DNA of 64,000 nt, taken from NCBI RefSeq assembly GCF_054482595.1, contig NZ_CM137008.1, one strand, 5' to 3'. How positions within the stretch are numbered: the first letter of the stretch is position 1; each line of letters starts with the position of its first letter. Shown piece after piece: positions 44,938 through 55,054 of the stretch. Below the pieces are notes generated by a model. It had not been told where the DNA came from. It saw only the letters and a list, made by a program, of their open reading frames with translations, and did no database searches. A program made the translations under genes and the position numbers.

Positions 44938-46197
44938 TTACTTAACCTTCGCAGACTGGATGACGGAGTCCATATTTTTAAACTGGCGGGCATTGACAAT
45001 AAGATCGCGCGCCATGGTCAATGCACGTCGTTCACATTCTGCGCGAAGCTCTGTATTTTCAATCTGTTTCAGCTCGGCAACGCCAGCAAAACCAATGATC
45101 CGGCGATTCATTTCCATGCCGGCATTCACCAGGGAATCTTCAAGCAGCGTGGCAAAAAACTGATCCTGTGCGTCCTCAAGAGCGGCCCTGTTCTGTTGAT
45201 ACATTTCTGTCGGCCACGCGTCACCCTGTGTTTTGTTGTCCCAGAGCTGGCGGAACTCCCGGGTGAAAACTGACCAGGTGTGGACAATCTGCTGAAGTAG
45301 CCATTCCTGATAGTCAGCGCGACGTTGCTCATTTGCATCCCACCCAGGGCGTGAGAAGAACGCCAGCAGGAGGTTGCCAATATAGTTGCCGATATCAAAC
45401 GCCATTGGTCCCATGAAACCGAACTCCGGATCAATCACTTTGGTATCCGTGTCGGTCACCATGATTGAGCCTGAATGAAGGTCACCATGTAACAATGCCT
45501 GCGCTTCTGTCATAAATTTGTACTTATAACGCATGGCAACCTGGAGCATCTCTACATCAGCCCAGGCCTTATGGACGGCATCGTCCAGCTCAGGAGAAGT
45601 CCAGTTATTCCGTTCCGCGTTGTAATAGGGCTCTGTGAAGATCAGATCTTCCGTAATTTTGCACAGCTCATGATTTAACGCGAACTCAGCAGTAAGCGCT
45701 TTTTTCTGTTCTGCTGACATGCCAATGTCAGACGTATTAAAGAGAGTCTGTGCTAAAAATCTGCCGATATCTTCAGCTAGCTTAGGGAATTTTTTACCGT
45801 TAATCAGTCCCTTACGCAGAATTACGTGAGGCGTCAAATACTCCATGGCAAACAGTGCCATTTCCGGGTCATAAAAATAGACCTGGGGAATCAGTGTGTG
45901 ACCCGCGTACTTGGCTTCCTGACATAAGACGTTGTACTCAAAGCCCGCACGGCTCAGAGATAAAGGCCATCCTTCGCCCCCTGCACGAAGCCAGGGCAGA
46001 GCTTGTTTTACAATGATGGTTTTATGTGTCCCCTTAACGATAAACACCATGTTCAGGTTTCCGTCCCCCACTTCTGAAACTTTCCACTCTTCTGGTAACC
46101 CTCCCGGTTCGCATGAAGGGGTCAGTCTGGACGAGAGATAACCAGGCAGCGTGTCACATGTCAGCGGCTTGTAACCTGATGGAATTGAATCCGTCAT
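44938..46197 (-). CDS. S-methyl-5-thioribose kinase family (MtnK-like)
   Basis: 419 aa; aminoglycoside-phosphotransferase-like kinase with MtnK-type motifs (HGDLHSGSIMV, DPEFGFMGP). Confidence 0.85.
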   Translation of the reverse strand: MTDSIPSGYKPLTCDTLPGYLSSRLTPSCEPGGLPEEWKVSEVGDGNLNMVFIVKGTHKTIIVKQALPWLRAGGEGWPLSLSRAGFEYNVLCQEAKYAGHTLIPQVYFYDPEMALFAMEYLTPHVILRKGLINGKKFPKLAEDIGRFLAQTLFNTSDIGMSAEQKKALTAEFALNHELCKITEDLIFTEPYYNAERNNWTSPELDDAVHKAWADVEMLQVAMRYKYKFMTEAQALLHGDLHSGSIMVTDTDTKVIDPEFGFMGPMAFDIGNYIGNLLLAFFSRPGWDANEQRRADYQEWLLQQIVHTWSVFTREFRQLWDNKTQGDAWPTEMYQQNRAALEDAQDQFFATLLEDSLVNAGMEMNRRIIGFAGVAELKQIENTELRAECERRALTMARDLIVNARQFKNMDSVIQSAKVK

Positions 46198-46711
46198 AAC
46201 AGTTCTCCTTGTCTACACAGAATGATAACTGACTTATCATATGGCAACTATACTTTATCATGTGTAAAGTAATTTGTGATGCATGTAGATTTTTTGAACT
46301 GGAGAAAATTAAAAATAATGTTGTATGGAGTCATGATCTTTACAGGAATTAGTAGGGTGCATTCCTGTTATTTATATAAAATTCATTGTATTACATAAAA
46401 ATGACGGTGCTGCGCGGGGAATTGTCTCGGGCAATCTTAGACGAAAGGAAGTATTGAAGTGACAGAATAATCTACATTTTTTATACATGTGTATTTTTCT
46501 GTTGTCTTTTGTTTTTAGCGTATGGTGTTTTTATGCCGATGTCTAATAGACAGATAGATTCGAGGGCCAACAGCCCCATTATCATGATGGAGCAACAGAG
46601 GTGAGTCTAACGTTTCCGTACTTCTTATCGATCGGCACTAACAATCCTTTGTGATAACGGTATTCCCACACAGAGAAACCCACGTACCTGAATAAAAAAA
46701 AGATTACTGGT

Positions 46712-47130
46712 GTGGAAATGGGATTAACAGATTATGCCATCAAATCGGATGGTAATGAGGTCAATAATCCTCGTCATCTCATTAACGTCAACTGTAATCT
46801 GCGACGCAAATTAGCCAGCATGATGAATAACAAACACAATCTGGCAAGAGCGTTAGGTGATGCTGATTGGCACGGCTTTATCAACAAACTGGAGTACAAG
46901 GCAGCCGAAAAAGGCGTTCATCTGGTAAAAATCGACCAGTAGTTTGTCTGTTCGAAAAGCTGCTATTGTTGTGGTTACAAAATGTCGCTTCAAAAACGGA
47001 TCTGGCGATGCCCTGAATGCGGTGTTGAACATGACCGGGATATAAATGCGGCAATCAACATAAAACTTAAAGACATACAGGAATTAAAGGCGGCGGGCCC
47101 CGTCGTCTCTGTCTATGGAGGAGCTGCGTA
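46712..47130 (+). pseudogene. IS200/IS605-family TnpB (OrfB) C-terminal fragments
   Basis: ORF 46712..46942 then a frame encoding MSLQKRIWRCPECGVEHDRDINAAINIK (TnpB zinc-finger end); no N-terminal part. Confidence 0.6.
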
Positions 47131-47395
47131 AACCCGTCGTACAGACGGTTGCAGCCTGAAAAGTGGGAAGGCCTTGCCCGATTGGGCGGGGAGTAGTCAC
47201 CCTTGGAGTCATTTTTATCCGGTGTATTAATATGCTCCTAATAGTTAATCTGGTTATAATATTTTTTTTTTGATTATGATCACGAAAATATCTCGGTTTT
47301 TATTTGCAAAACTTGAAACGTGAATCCAAAAAAGATAAATATTTGTCCGCAGTGACTTCTTTTCTGTTGAAAAGTTCAATCTAAAGGGCAAAAAA

Positions 47396-48508
47396 ATGAA
47401 AAAAATTACAGTGGCACTTTCTGTGGTTGCGGCATCTGTTCTGATGGCAATGTCTGCACAAGCGGCAGAAATCTATAACAAAGACGGTAACAAACTGGAT
47501 CTGTACGGCAAAGTTAATGCAGAGCATTACTTCTCTTCTTCAGCTAGTGATGACGGGGATAAAACTTATGCTCGTATGGGTTTCAAAGGTGAAACTCAGA
47601 TTAATGACCAGTTAACCGGTTTTGGTCAGTGGGAGTACGAATTTAAAGGTAACCGTACTGAAACTGAAGGTTCTGATAAAGATAAAACTCGTCTTGCGTT
47701 TGCAGGGCTTCGCTTTGGCGATTATGGTTCGCTCGACTATGGTCGCAACTACGGTGTAGCTTATGATGTTGGCGCTTGGACTGACGTGCTGCCGGAGTTT
47801 GGTGGAGATACCTGGACTCAGACTGATGTATTTATGACCCAGCGTGCTACTGGCGTAGCGACCTATCGTAACAATGATTTCTTCGGCTTGGTTGATGGTC
47901 TGAACTTTGCTTTGCAGTATCAAGGTAAAAATGATAGTGCTGCAAAAGTGAATAACTGGAAAGGCCGTGACGAAGTTGAATCTAATGGTGATGGCTTTGG
48001 TCTGTCAGCTACTTACGATTATGAGGGATTTGGCGTTGCTGCAACCTATGCAAAATCTGACCGTACTGATGGGCAGGTATCCTATGCTAAAGACAGCCCT
48101 CTGAATGCCTCTGGTAAAACTGCTGAAGTATGGGCTACGGGCCTGAAATATGATGCAAACAACATTTACCTGGCTGCAACTTATTCTGAAACTCAGAATA
48201 TGACAGTCTTCGGTGATGACCATATCGCAAACAAAGCGAAAAACTTTGAAGCTGTTGCTCAATACCAGTTTGATTTCGGCTTGCGTCCGTCCATCGCTTA
48301 CCTACACTCTCGCGGTGAAAATATTGGTGCGTTCGGTAACCAGGATCTAGTTGAATACATCGACGTAGGTGCGACTTATTACTTCAACAAAAATATGTCC
48401 GCTTTCGTTGACTACAAGATCAACCTGATTGATGAAAGTGAATTTACCAAAGCATCTGAGGTTGCAACCGACAACATCGTTGCTGTTGGTATGACCTACC
48501 AATTCTAA
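47396..48508 (+). CDS. outer-membrane general porin (OmpC/OmpF/PhoE family)
   Basis: 370 aa; signal peptide [39 protein letters not shown] start and C-terminal ...VGMTYQF. Confidence 0.9.
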   Translation: MKKITVALSVVAASVLMAMSAQAAEIYNKDGNKLDLYGKVNAEHYFSSSASDDGDKTYARMGFKGETQINDQLTGFGQWEYEFKGNRTETEGSDKDKTRLAFAGLRFGDYGSLDYGRNYGVAYDVGAWTDVLPEFGGDTWTQTDVFMTQRATGVATYRNNDFFGLVDGLNFALQYQGKNDSAAKVNNWKGRDEVESNGDGFGLSATYDYEGFGVAATYAKSDRTDGQVSYAKDSPLNASGKTAEVWATGLKYDANNIYLAATYSETQNMTVFGDDHIANKAKNFEAVAQYQFDFGLRPSIAYLHSRGENIGAFGNQDLVEYIDVGATYYFNKNMSAFVDYKINLIDESEFTKASEVATDNIVAVGMTYQF

Positions 48509-48664
48509 TTTTGGTAGGTAAGAATATGCGGGAAGGGAGTGATGTCACTGCCCGCATATAGGTGGCACCCTCATGCCACCTTTGAAGAGGCAATTTTATT
48601 GCCTCTTCTCAATTTAACTTCATGTTATTTATTACCCTTTTATTGATTTGAAACTCTATTGTTG

Positions 48665-48690
48665 GGGCGCTTTGTTGCGCCCATTTTTTT
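48665..48690 (+). terminator. rho-independent terminator-like hairpin downstream of the porin gene
   Basis: gggcgc-tttgtt-gcgccc followed by a T7 run; further hairpins at about 48530-48590. Coordinates approximate. Confidence 0.5.
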
Positions 48691-48761
48691 ACACCAATTA
48701 GGTAAAGTTATTTTTAAGTAATCGAGCAACTTGATCCTACCCACGTAATGTGGACACGGCC

Positions 48762-49616
48762 CTAAGCGAGATTATGGTTTTCAAATTGTTCCGGGCTGAG
48801 ACCGCCACAGGCACTGTGACGACGCCAGCGATTGTAATCACACTCGATATAATTAAACACCGTTGCCCGCATTATTTCCCGGCTGCTAAAGCGTTCCCCG
48901 TGGATACATTCCACCTTCAGCGAATGAAAGAAGCTTTCCACACAGGCATTGTCATAACAGTAGCCTTTCGCACTCATACTGCCACGCAGGTTGTGTCGCT
49001 TCAGCAGCGCCTGATAATCCCCTGAACAGTATTGACCACCACGGTCCGTATGAACAATGACGCTTTCCGGGCGTCTTCTCCGCCACAACGCCATTTGCAG
49101 TGCATCACAGGCCAGTTGTGCTGTCATTCGCGGTGACATCGACCAGCCAATGACGGCGCGTGACCACAGGTCGATGACTACTGCGAGATACAACCAGCCC
49201 TCATCGGTACGCAAGTACGTGATGTCACCCGCCCACTTCTGGTTCGGGCCACTGGCGCTGAAGTCCTGCTCCAGCAGATTCTCCAATACGGGCAGACCAT
49301 GTGCACGGTAGCTGACCGGGCTGAACTTCCGGCTGGCTTTCGCCCGCAGCCCCTGACGACGCAGGCTGGCGGCAATGGTTTTAATATTGAACTCCGGCAG
49401 TTCGTCAGCAAGGCGGGGATCACCGTATCGCTGCTTTGCCTCAAAGAATGCCTTATGGACAGCGGCATCGCAGGTGAGCCGAAACTGTTGGCGCAGGCTC
49501 ATCTGGTGACGACGCCTGAGCCAGACATACCAGCCGCTGCGGGCAACCCGAAGTACACGACACATCGCTTTGATGCTGAACTCTGCCCGATGATTTTCGA
49601 TGAAGACATACTTCAT
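48762..49616 (-). CDS. IS3 family transposase OrfB (DDE integrase domain)
   Basis: 284 aa with DDE region ([10 protein letters not shown]...HTDRGGQY...[11 protein letters not shown]). Confidence 0.9.
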   Translation of the reverse strand: MKYVFIENHRAEFSIKAMCRVLRVARSGWYVWLRRRHQMSLRQQFRLTCDAAVHKAFFEAKQRYGDPRLADELPEFNIKTIAASLRRQGLRAKASRKFSPVSYRAHGLPVLENLLEQDFSASGPNQKWAGDITYLRTDEGWLYLAVVIDLWSRAVIGWSMSPRMTAQLACDALQMALWRRRRPESVIVHTDRGGQYCSGDYQALLKRHNLRGSMSAKGYCYDNACVESFFHSLKVECIHGERFSSREIMRATVFNYIECDYNRWRRHSACGGLSPEQFENHNLA

Positions 49617-49912
49617 TTCAGGCGCTTCGCGAAGTATGTCGCGGCCTTTTGGAGGATGGCCAGTTCCTCAGCCTGCTCCGCCAGTTGTCGTTTAAGGCGG
49701 ACATTTTCAGCGGCCAGTTCGCTTTCGCGCTCTGACGAACTCATTTGTTGCTGCTGTTTACTGCGCCAGGCATAAAGCTGAGATTCATACAGGCTGAGTT
49801 CACGGGCTGCGGCGGCCACACCGATGCGTTCAGCGAGTTTCAGGGCTTCGTTACGAAATTCAGGCGTATGTTGTTTACGGGGTTTCTTGCTGATTGATAC
49901 TGGTTTTGTCAT
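49613..49912 (-). CDS. IS3 family transposase OrfA
   Basis: 99 aa [47 protein letters not shown]... Confidence 0.9.
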   Translation of the reverse strand: MTKPVSISKKPRKQHTPEFRNEALKLAERIGVAAAARELSLYESQLYAWRSKQQQQMSSSERESELAAENVRLKRQLAEQAEELAILQKAATYFAKRLK

Positions 49913-50244
49913 GAGTCACCTCTGGTTGAGAGTTTACTCACTTAGTCCTGTGTCCACTATTGGTGGGTAAGATCACGGCGGGGTTAGGTGCGTGCGCTGA
50001 ACAAAATGACGAAGGTAGGAATGCCAGAAAGCGTGCGTATTGCCTGACGGTAGCAACCAGCTGAAGGGATGCTTATCCCCAAACCTGATTTATTCAACAA
50101 AGCCGCTATAGCCTTACCAGAACAATCACCACCTCCCCTGGAGGTGGTCAAGAATACAGCTCTGGCGAGCCGCATACCTTTAATTACCTGCTCTGATTAG
50201 ATAAATCAGATGCAGGTACATAAGTATGCCAGCATTATATGCAA

Positions 50245-51435
50245 TTAACGTTTCCGTCCTGGAAATACAAATAGTGCAATAACGGGAGATATTACCATCA
50301 GAACAAAAACATAGGTAAATCCAAGTGTAAATCCGCCTGTTAGATCGACCGACCAGCCAATTAACTGACTGTTTATCGTTGCCAAAATAAATGTACAAAC
50401 CCAGAAGGTGGACATTGAATAAGTAACAGTTTGGGTATTCGCATTTTTTTGTTCTTCTTTTGGAATGGAGAAGATGAATGCAAACCAGGTGGCAAAAATA
50501 GAACCCGTCAAAAACGAACAAACCAATATAACGATATCATTAGTGGCAAATAACATTGCAAAGGTTGTAATAGCCATAAAGATACTGGAAATAAATAGCC
50601 ATGATTTATAATTATACCCACGGTTTTTAAAGTACGGCCCCATCAATGCACCAAGTAAAATTCCCACCTGATTGACTGTGCCACTCAAGTGAGCACAGGA
50701 GTCAGGGGGAAGATTAGCATATTTTGCATAGTACAGAGGCAGAAATGTGAACATAAAAATCATCATGATCATTGCCCCAGCATACTGAATAATCATTCCC
50801 CAGACAATACGATTAAACAATACATCCTTTAATACAGATATTCGCTGTTCATAACTTATAGATATATGGCTATTCTGTTGTTGCTCTTCATCCGTGAAAC
50901 ATATTATCCAGACAACCCCCAATATTAACGTAATTATTCCATAGATAGCTAACAGATTACGCCACCCGTTGAACAGCAGTGATAAATAACCTGCCAATGT
51001 CAATGCAATAATTGTACCGATAATATTTGAAGTGCAATTTATACTATTTAATGTTGACGCCATTTTGTTATCGAAAAAGCGAGCAACCGTGGGCACCAGT
51101 GATACAAGGCAAATAGCCCCCCCCAGCCCACCAAGAAAACGAATAATCAATAACAAAGTAAAGTTATTAATAAATGGAATGAGCAAGGAGCTCCCAATCA
51201 TTATACATCCAAGAAAATAGGATTTTCGGGTGCCGAGCCGGGAAACAAAGACTGCAGTACAAACAGCTCCCACAATTTTAGCCCATAAAATTACATTTGA
51301 CATCAATGCAGCATGTGATACATCAACATTAAAATCACTCATAATTTGTGGCATTACGGCCCCTGTCGTAGCCCAGGCGGCACCAAATACCATATAAACG
51401 GTGTAAAGAATGAATTCAATGACCCATTTTTTCAT
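50245..51435 (-). CDS. MFS transporter
   Basis: 396 aa, about 12 TM segments; AT-rich gene; start overlaps the stop of the upstream pepT-like gene. Confidence 0.8.
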   Translation of the reverse strand: MKKWVIEFILYTVYMVFGAAWATTGAVMPQIMSDFNVDVSHAALMSNVILWAKIVGAVCTAVFVSRLGTRKSYFLGCIMIGSSLLIPFINNFTLLLIIRFLGGLGGAICLVSLVPTVARFFDNKMASTLNSINCTSNIIGTIIALTLAGYLSLLFNGWRNLLAIYGIITLILGVVWIICFTDEEQQQNSHISISYEQRISVLKDVLFNRIVWGMIIQYAGAMIMMIFMFTFLPLYYAKYANLPPDSCAHLSGTVNQVGILLGALMGPYFKNRGYNYKSWLFISSIFMAITTFAMLFATNDIVILVCSFLTGSIFATWFAFIFSIPKEEQKNANTQTVTYSMSTFWVCTFILATINSQLIGWSVDLTGGFTLGFTYVFVLMVISPVIALFVFPGRKR

Positions 51436-52685
51436 TTTTGTACCTCAGGGACACTTAGCTCAACCATTTCCAGCAGCATTTCACTGGCAAGACGCAGGGA
51501 TTCCACAGGCAAAAACTCTCTGGTTGAGTGAAAATTGTGCGCCCCTGTAAATATATTAATAGTAGGCAGCCCTTTTGGGGTGATGACGCTACCATCATAA
51601 CCACCGCGCATAATCAGTGGTTTTGGTGTAATGCCAAGGTTACGCATTGCCTTTCTAACGTTATCTAAGATTGCAGGTGTTTTATCAAGCGCTGGTTTGA
51701 CATTTTCATATATATCGGTTAACACTAATGTTATTCTTTCACTCTTCCAGCGCTGATTAATACTCTTAACAATGTTCTCGAGTACGGCTTTACGTTGTTT
51801 ATATCCTGTTAACTCAAAGTCCCGAATAGCAATATCAAGCGTGGCGCTGGCTGTATCACCATGGAGATTATGGACCCAATAATATCCTTCCCGTTTTTCA
51901 GTATGCTCAGGCCTTTCTTTTTCAGGTAATGCGGCGATAATTTCCGTTGCTATACACAACGCATTAACAAGCTTACCTTTAGCACTCATTGGATGTGCTG
52001 TAACACCACGAACTGTAATTCGTGCACTACCTGCATACCAGTTTTCAACAACATATTCTCCAATCTCACAACAGTCGAGACAGATACCAAAATCAGAATT
52101 CAGTTCACCAACATCAAGCGCTTTTGCCCCTCTGATACCGGTCTCCTCATCAGGCAAAAGAACAAGACGAATATCACCATGAGAAAAGGAGGGTGTATTA
52201 ATCATATATTTGAGAGCTTCAACACCTGCTGCAATGGCAGCTTTGTCGTCAGCCCCCAGCAAGCTGGTGCCATCAGTTACAATAATATCCTGACCGATAT
52301 AGTTGAGTAGTTCTGGATTATCCTGTGGGGATAGTTTTTCCACACTCCCTGCAAACGGTATAGCACCTCCGTTATACTTTTTCACTCGGAAAGCATGTGT
52401 ATCTGTACTGTGGTCCGGAGCTGTATCAAGGTGTGCAAAGAATACGATAGAAGGTGCATCAGGAATATTAGCGGGTAAATGAATTGTGGCAATAGCATTT
52501 TCTTTTATGCTTGTTTGTACCTCTGGAACATCAGAAAATTGATTTACAACATATTCTGCCAGTTTATATTGATTTTTACAGCTTGGAAGCTCCTTGCTAC
52601 CATCAACCGATGTCGTATTTATTTTTGTGTAATATAAAAAAGTCTCAATTATTTTCTCTAAGTCAATGCGTTTTTTCATGATCAT
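51432..52685 (-). CDS. peptidase T-like tripeptide aminopeptidase (M20B)
   Basis: 417 aa; PepT-like motifs (FFAHLDTAPD, GADDKAAIAAG, LLPDEETG); AT-rich, so likely a horizontally acquired paralogue. Confidence 0.85.
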   Translation of the reverse strand: MIMKKRIDLEKIIETFLYYTKINTTSVDGSKELPSCKNQYKLAEYVVNQFSDVPEVQTSIKENAIATIHLPANIPDAPSIVFFAHLDTAPDHSTDTHAFRVKKYNGGAIPFAGSVEKLSPQDNPELLNYIGQDIIVTDGTSLLGADDKAAIAAGVEALKYMINTPSFSHGDIRLVLLPDEETGIRGAKALDVGELNSDFGICLDCCEIGEYVVENWYAGSARITVRGVTAHPMSAKGKLVNALCIATEIIAALPEKERPEHTEKREGYYWVHNLHGDTASATLDIAIRDFELTGYKQRKAVLENIVKSINQRWKSERITLVLTDIYENVKPALDKTPAILDNVRKAMRNLGITPKPLIMRGGYDGSVITPKGLPTINIFTGAHNFHSTREFLPVESLRLASEMLLEMVELSVPEVQK

Positions 52686-53076
52686 ATACCTAATTGTTTA
52701 CTATCAATATCCTGACTATCTATATTTAGATAATATCCTGCAAAAATTAGTGAGTATAGAAAAGGTCGTCAGTTCCTGACTGGTAAATGTCCCTTCGAGA
52801 TTTATTAGAGTCATAATTTGCCTCATCCCAATACAAAAAACAATACGAAAGTATGAAAAAGTGTAGTGATCAACAAAATATTGCCACGTTTGTTTCGGTG
52901 TTATTGGAGAGGTTTTTGGTGTTTTGTCCTTACGAGCATCACGCAGTTGTTTGCCCCATCTTGTCATCGTGGAAAGGCGACATCAATAGCTTGGTGTAAC
53001 TCTGGTCAACAACCAGTTGCACGGAGTTGCATATGAATTCAGGAGCTTTTCACTGGTGCACCTATATTGGCATATC

Positions 53077-53196
53077 TGAACCGCCCCGGAAATCCTGGAG
53101 ACTAAACTCTCTGAGAAAGAGGCAAACAGGATGACTAAAAAAACACGTTTTTCCCCCGAAGTCCGTCAACGGGCAGTTCAATGCTTTGTCGAATAA
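53077..53196 (+). mobile_element. IS629/IS3411-like (IS3 family) left end with first about 20 codons of orfA
   Basis: TGAACCGCCCCGGAAATCCTGGAGACTAAACTCTCTGAGAAAGAGGCAAACAGG then ATG..MTKKTRFSPEVRQRAV, then a premature stop. Coordinates approximate. Confidence 0.6.
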
Positions 53197-53602
53197 ACAT
53201 TTACCTGAACGATTAACTGCAACGGCTATCCTTACCGACAATCAACGTCAATAAAAATCTGTACTGACTCGTCAGCACTGGGTTCGATCAGTAGGAACAT
53301 GAATTCAAAGGCCTCCTTGCTGAATCTCAAGACTCCTCCGATTCCAAAGATAAACCCCGTCTTAAGTTCGCTGGCCTGAAATTCGGTGACTATTGTCTAT
53401 ATCGGGATCACCACGGTTGTGTGATTAATCATCGTCGATCATAAAGCGTCTATGGATGTACTGCGGCGTTCCTGCTACTGGTGATCACCCTGTGGTTGTG
53501 CAATTCCAAACGGATGAAGCGAGAGTAACAGACATCACGCCGCAATCGGGGGCGGCGTGTAGACGTGGTTAATTACTATCAAATATATTAATCAGGCCGA
53601 TT

Positions 53603-55054
53603 CTATTTGCTTTCATTTATGGTTTCCATCATGAGCTGTTGCTGCTTTTCTTTGGACAGTCGAGCGATACCAAAGCCTGTGAACCCCCACAGCGTCGCAA
53701 AGAAAATGCCACTCCAGCAGAGAATAGCCCACGGAAGATAGCTTAATGTAGCAACGCCAAGTGTACCTGCCATGTAGGCACCCGCGGCAGTCCAGGGCAG
53801 AATTGGTTCAAATATGGTGGCAGAGTCTTCTACAGTCCTTGCCAGATTTTTTGGATGTAGGCCGCGCTCAATATAAGCACTTCGTAGCATTTCAATCGGA
53901 ATCAGGATTGATATCTGACCATTACAGGTCACGCTAATCATTGTTAAACCACAGGCAATAGTCGCAAGAATCATGGTTCCTGTGGAATGAACTAATTTGA
54001 GCAGATTATGGACGATGACTTCTAAAGCGCCGCTCAAGGCTAATGTTCCTGCAAATGAAAGGGCGCAGAAACAAATAAGCAACGTACTCATCATCGAGTT
54101 CATGCCACCGCGGTTTAACAAATTACCTAATAGCGGATTAACATCTTTATCGGTAAGCATTGAAACGTTAAATCCGTCTACTGCACTTTTAACAATGTCG
54201 TGTAGTGCGAACCCCTGAATAACGCTGGCGTTGATCATGGCTACCAGTGCCGAAACAAGCATAATTGGAATGGTTGGTTTCTTGGTAATCGAACCGTACA
54301 GGACAATGGCAATGGGTAGCAATAACAATAAATTAAAATGATAAATTCCTTTTAATCCTTCAGTGATTAGCTGAATTTTTTCGGGAATGGTTGAGCCGCC
54401 GAGCTCGCCATTCATCCCATAGAGCGTCATAACAAAGGCTGACAGTATCAATGAAGGAAGGGTTGTATAAAGTAAATGAGCGATGTGTTCATAGAGATCT
54501 ATCTGGGCTGCCATTGCGGCTAAGTTAGTATCACCAGAAAGGGGAGACAGTTTGTCCCCGAAGTAAGCCCCTGCCACAATAGCGCCTGCAGTTGCTGCCA
54601 GATTAGCCTCCATTCCGATAGCCACACCCATAAACGCAACACCGACGGTGCCTGCGGATCCCCAGGATGTCCCTGTGCATACAGAAACGACGGCAGTAAC
54701 GAGCAGGGCCGTCACATAGATCATGGAAGGATTTATCAGAATAAGGCCGTAATAAATCATCAGCGGAATAGTACCGCCTATCATCCATGTCCCAATCAGG
54801 AGGCCCACGCTGATCAAAATTAGCAGAGCAGGCATTGTTTTAGCGATTTTCTGCGATATTGATTCAAGGATTGCATTGTAGCCATACCCCAACCGCTTAA
54901 CTAACAGTGCAGCAATGACGGTTGAAAGAACCATTAATGGCTCAGGTGGCAGATCGAATGCCGCATAACCAAATCCCAGCAATAGTATCATCGCTAGTAT
55001 TGGTAATAATGATTCCACCAGAGTTGGGGATCTTGGAGTATTGTTATTATTCAT
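53603..55054 (-). CDS. NhaC-family (Na+/H+ antiporter-like) membrane transporter
   Basis: About 483 aa from MNNNNTPRSP; polytopic membrane protein with NhaC-family pattern; AT-rich. Confidence 0.75.
   Translation of the reverse strand: MNNNNTPRSPTLVESLLPILAMILLLGFGYAAFDLPPEPLMVLSTVIAALLVKRLGYGYNAILESISQKIAKTMPALLILISVGLLIGTWMIGGTIPLMIYYGLILINPSMIYVTALLVTAVVSVCTGTSWGSAGTVGVAFMGVAIGMEANLAATAGAIVAGAYFGDKLSPLSGDTNLAAMAAQIDLYEHIAHLLYTTLPSLILSAFVMTLYGMNGELGGSTIPEKIQLITEGLKGIYHFNLLLLLPIAIVLYGSITKKPTIPIMLVSALVAMINASVIQGFALHDIVKSAVDGFNVSMLTDKDVNPLLGNLLNRGGMNSMMSTLLICFCALSFAGTLALSGALEVIVHNLLKLVHSTGTMILATIACGLTMISVTCNGQISILIPIEMLRSAYIERGLHPKNLARTVEDSATIFEPILPWTAAGAYMAGTLGVATLSYLPWAILCWSGIFFATLWGFTGFGIARLSKEKQQQLMMETINESK

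Larger units (their letters stand above)
48732..49975 (-). mobile_element. IS3-group insertion sequence (orfA 49613..49912, orfB 48762..49616)
   Basis: Termini TGATCCTACCCACGTAATGTGGACAC... and ...TGGGTAAGATCA; orfA/orfB arranged for -1 frameshift; flanking 3 bp do not match, so no target duplication. Confidence 0.9.

Noticed and set aside
46198-46711. AT-rich region upstream of the MtnK-like gene considered for a riboswitch (for example SAM-responsive)
   Set aside because: I could not recognise any conserved riboswitch core by eye; would need a covariance-model search (for example Rfam) to support it.
52716-52967. 83 aa ORF between the pepT-like gene and the IS629-like remnant
   Set aside because: No RBS or family features; lies in a region of likely IS debris; treated as spurious.
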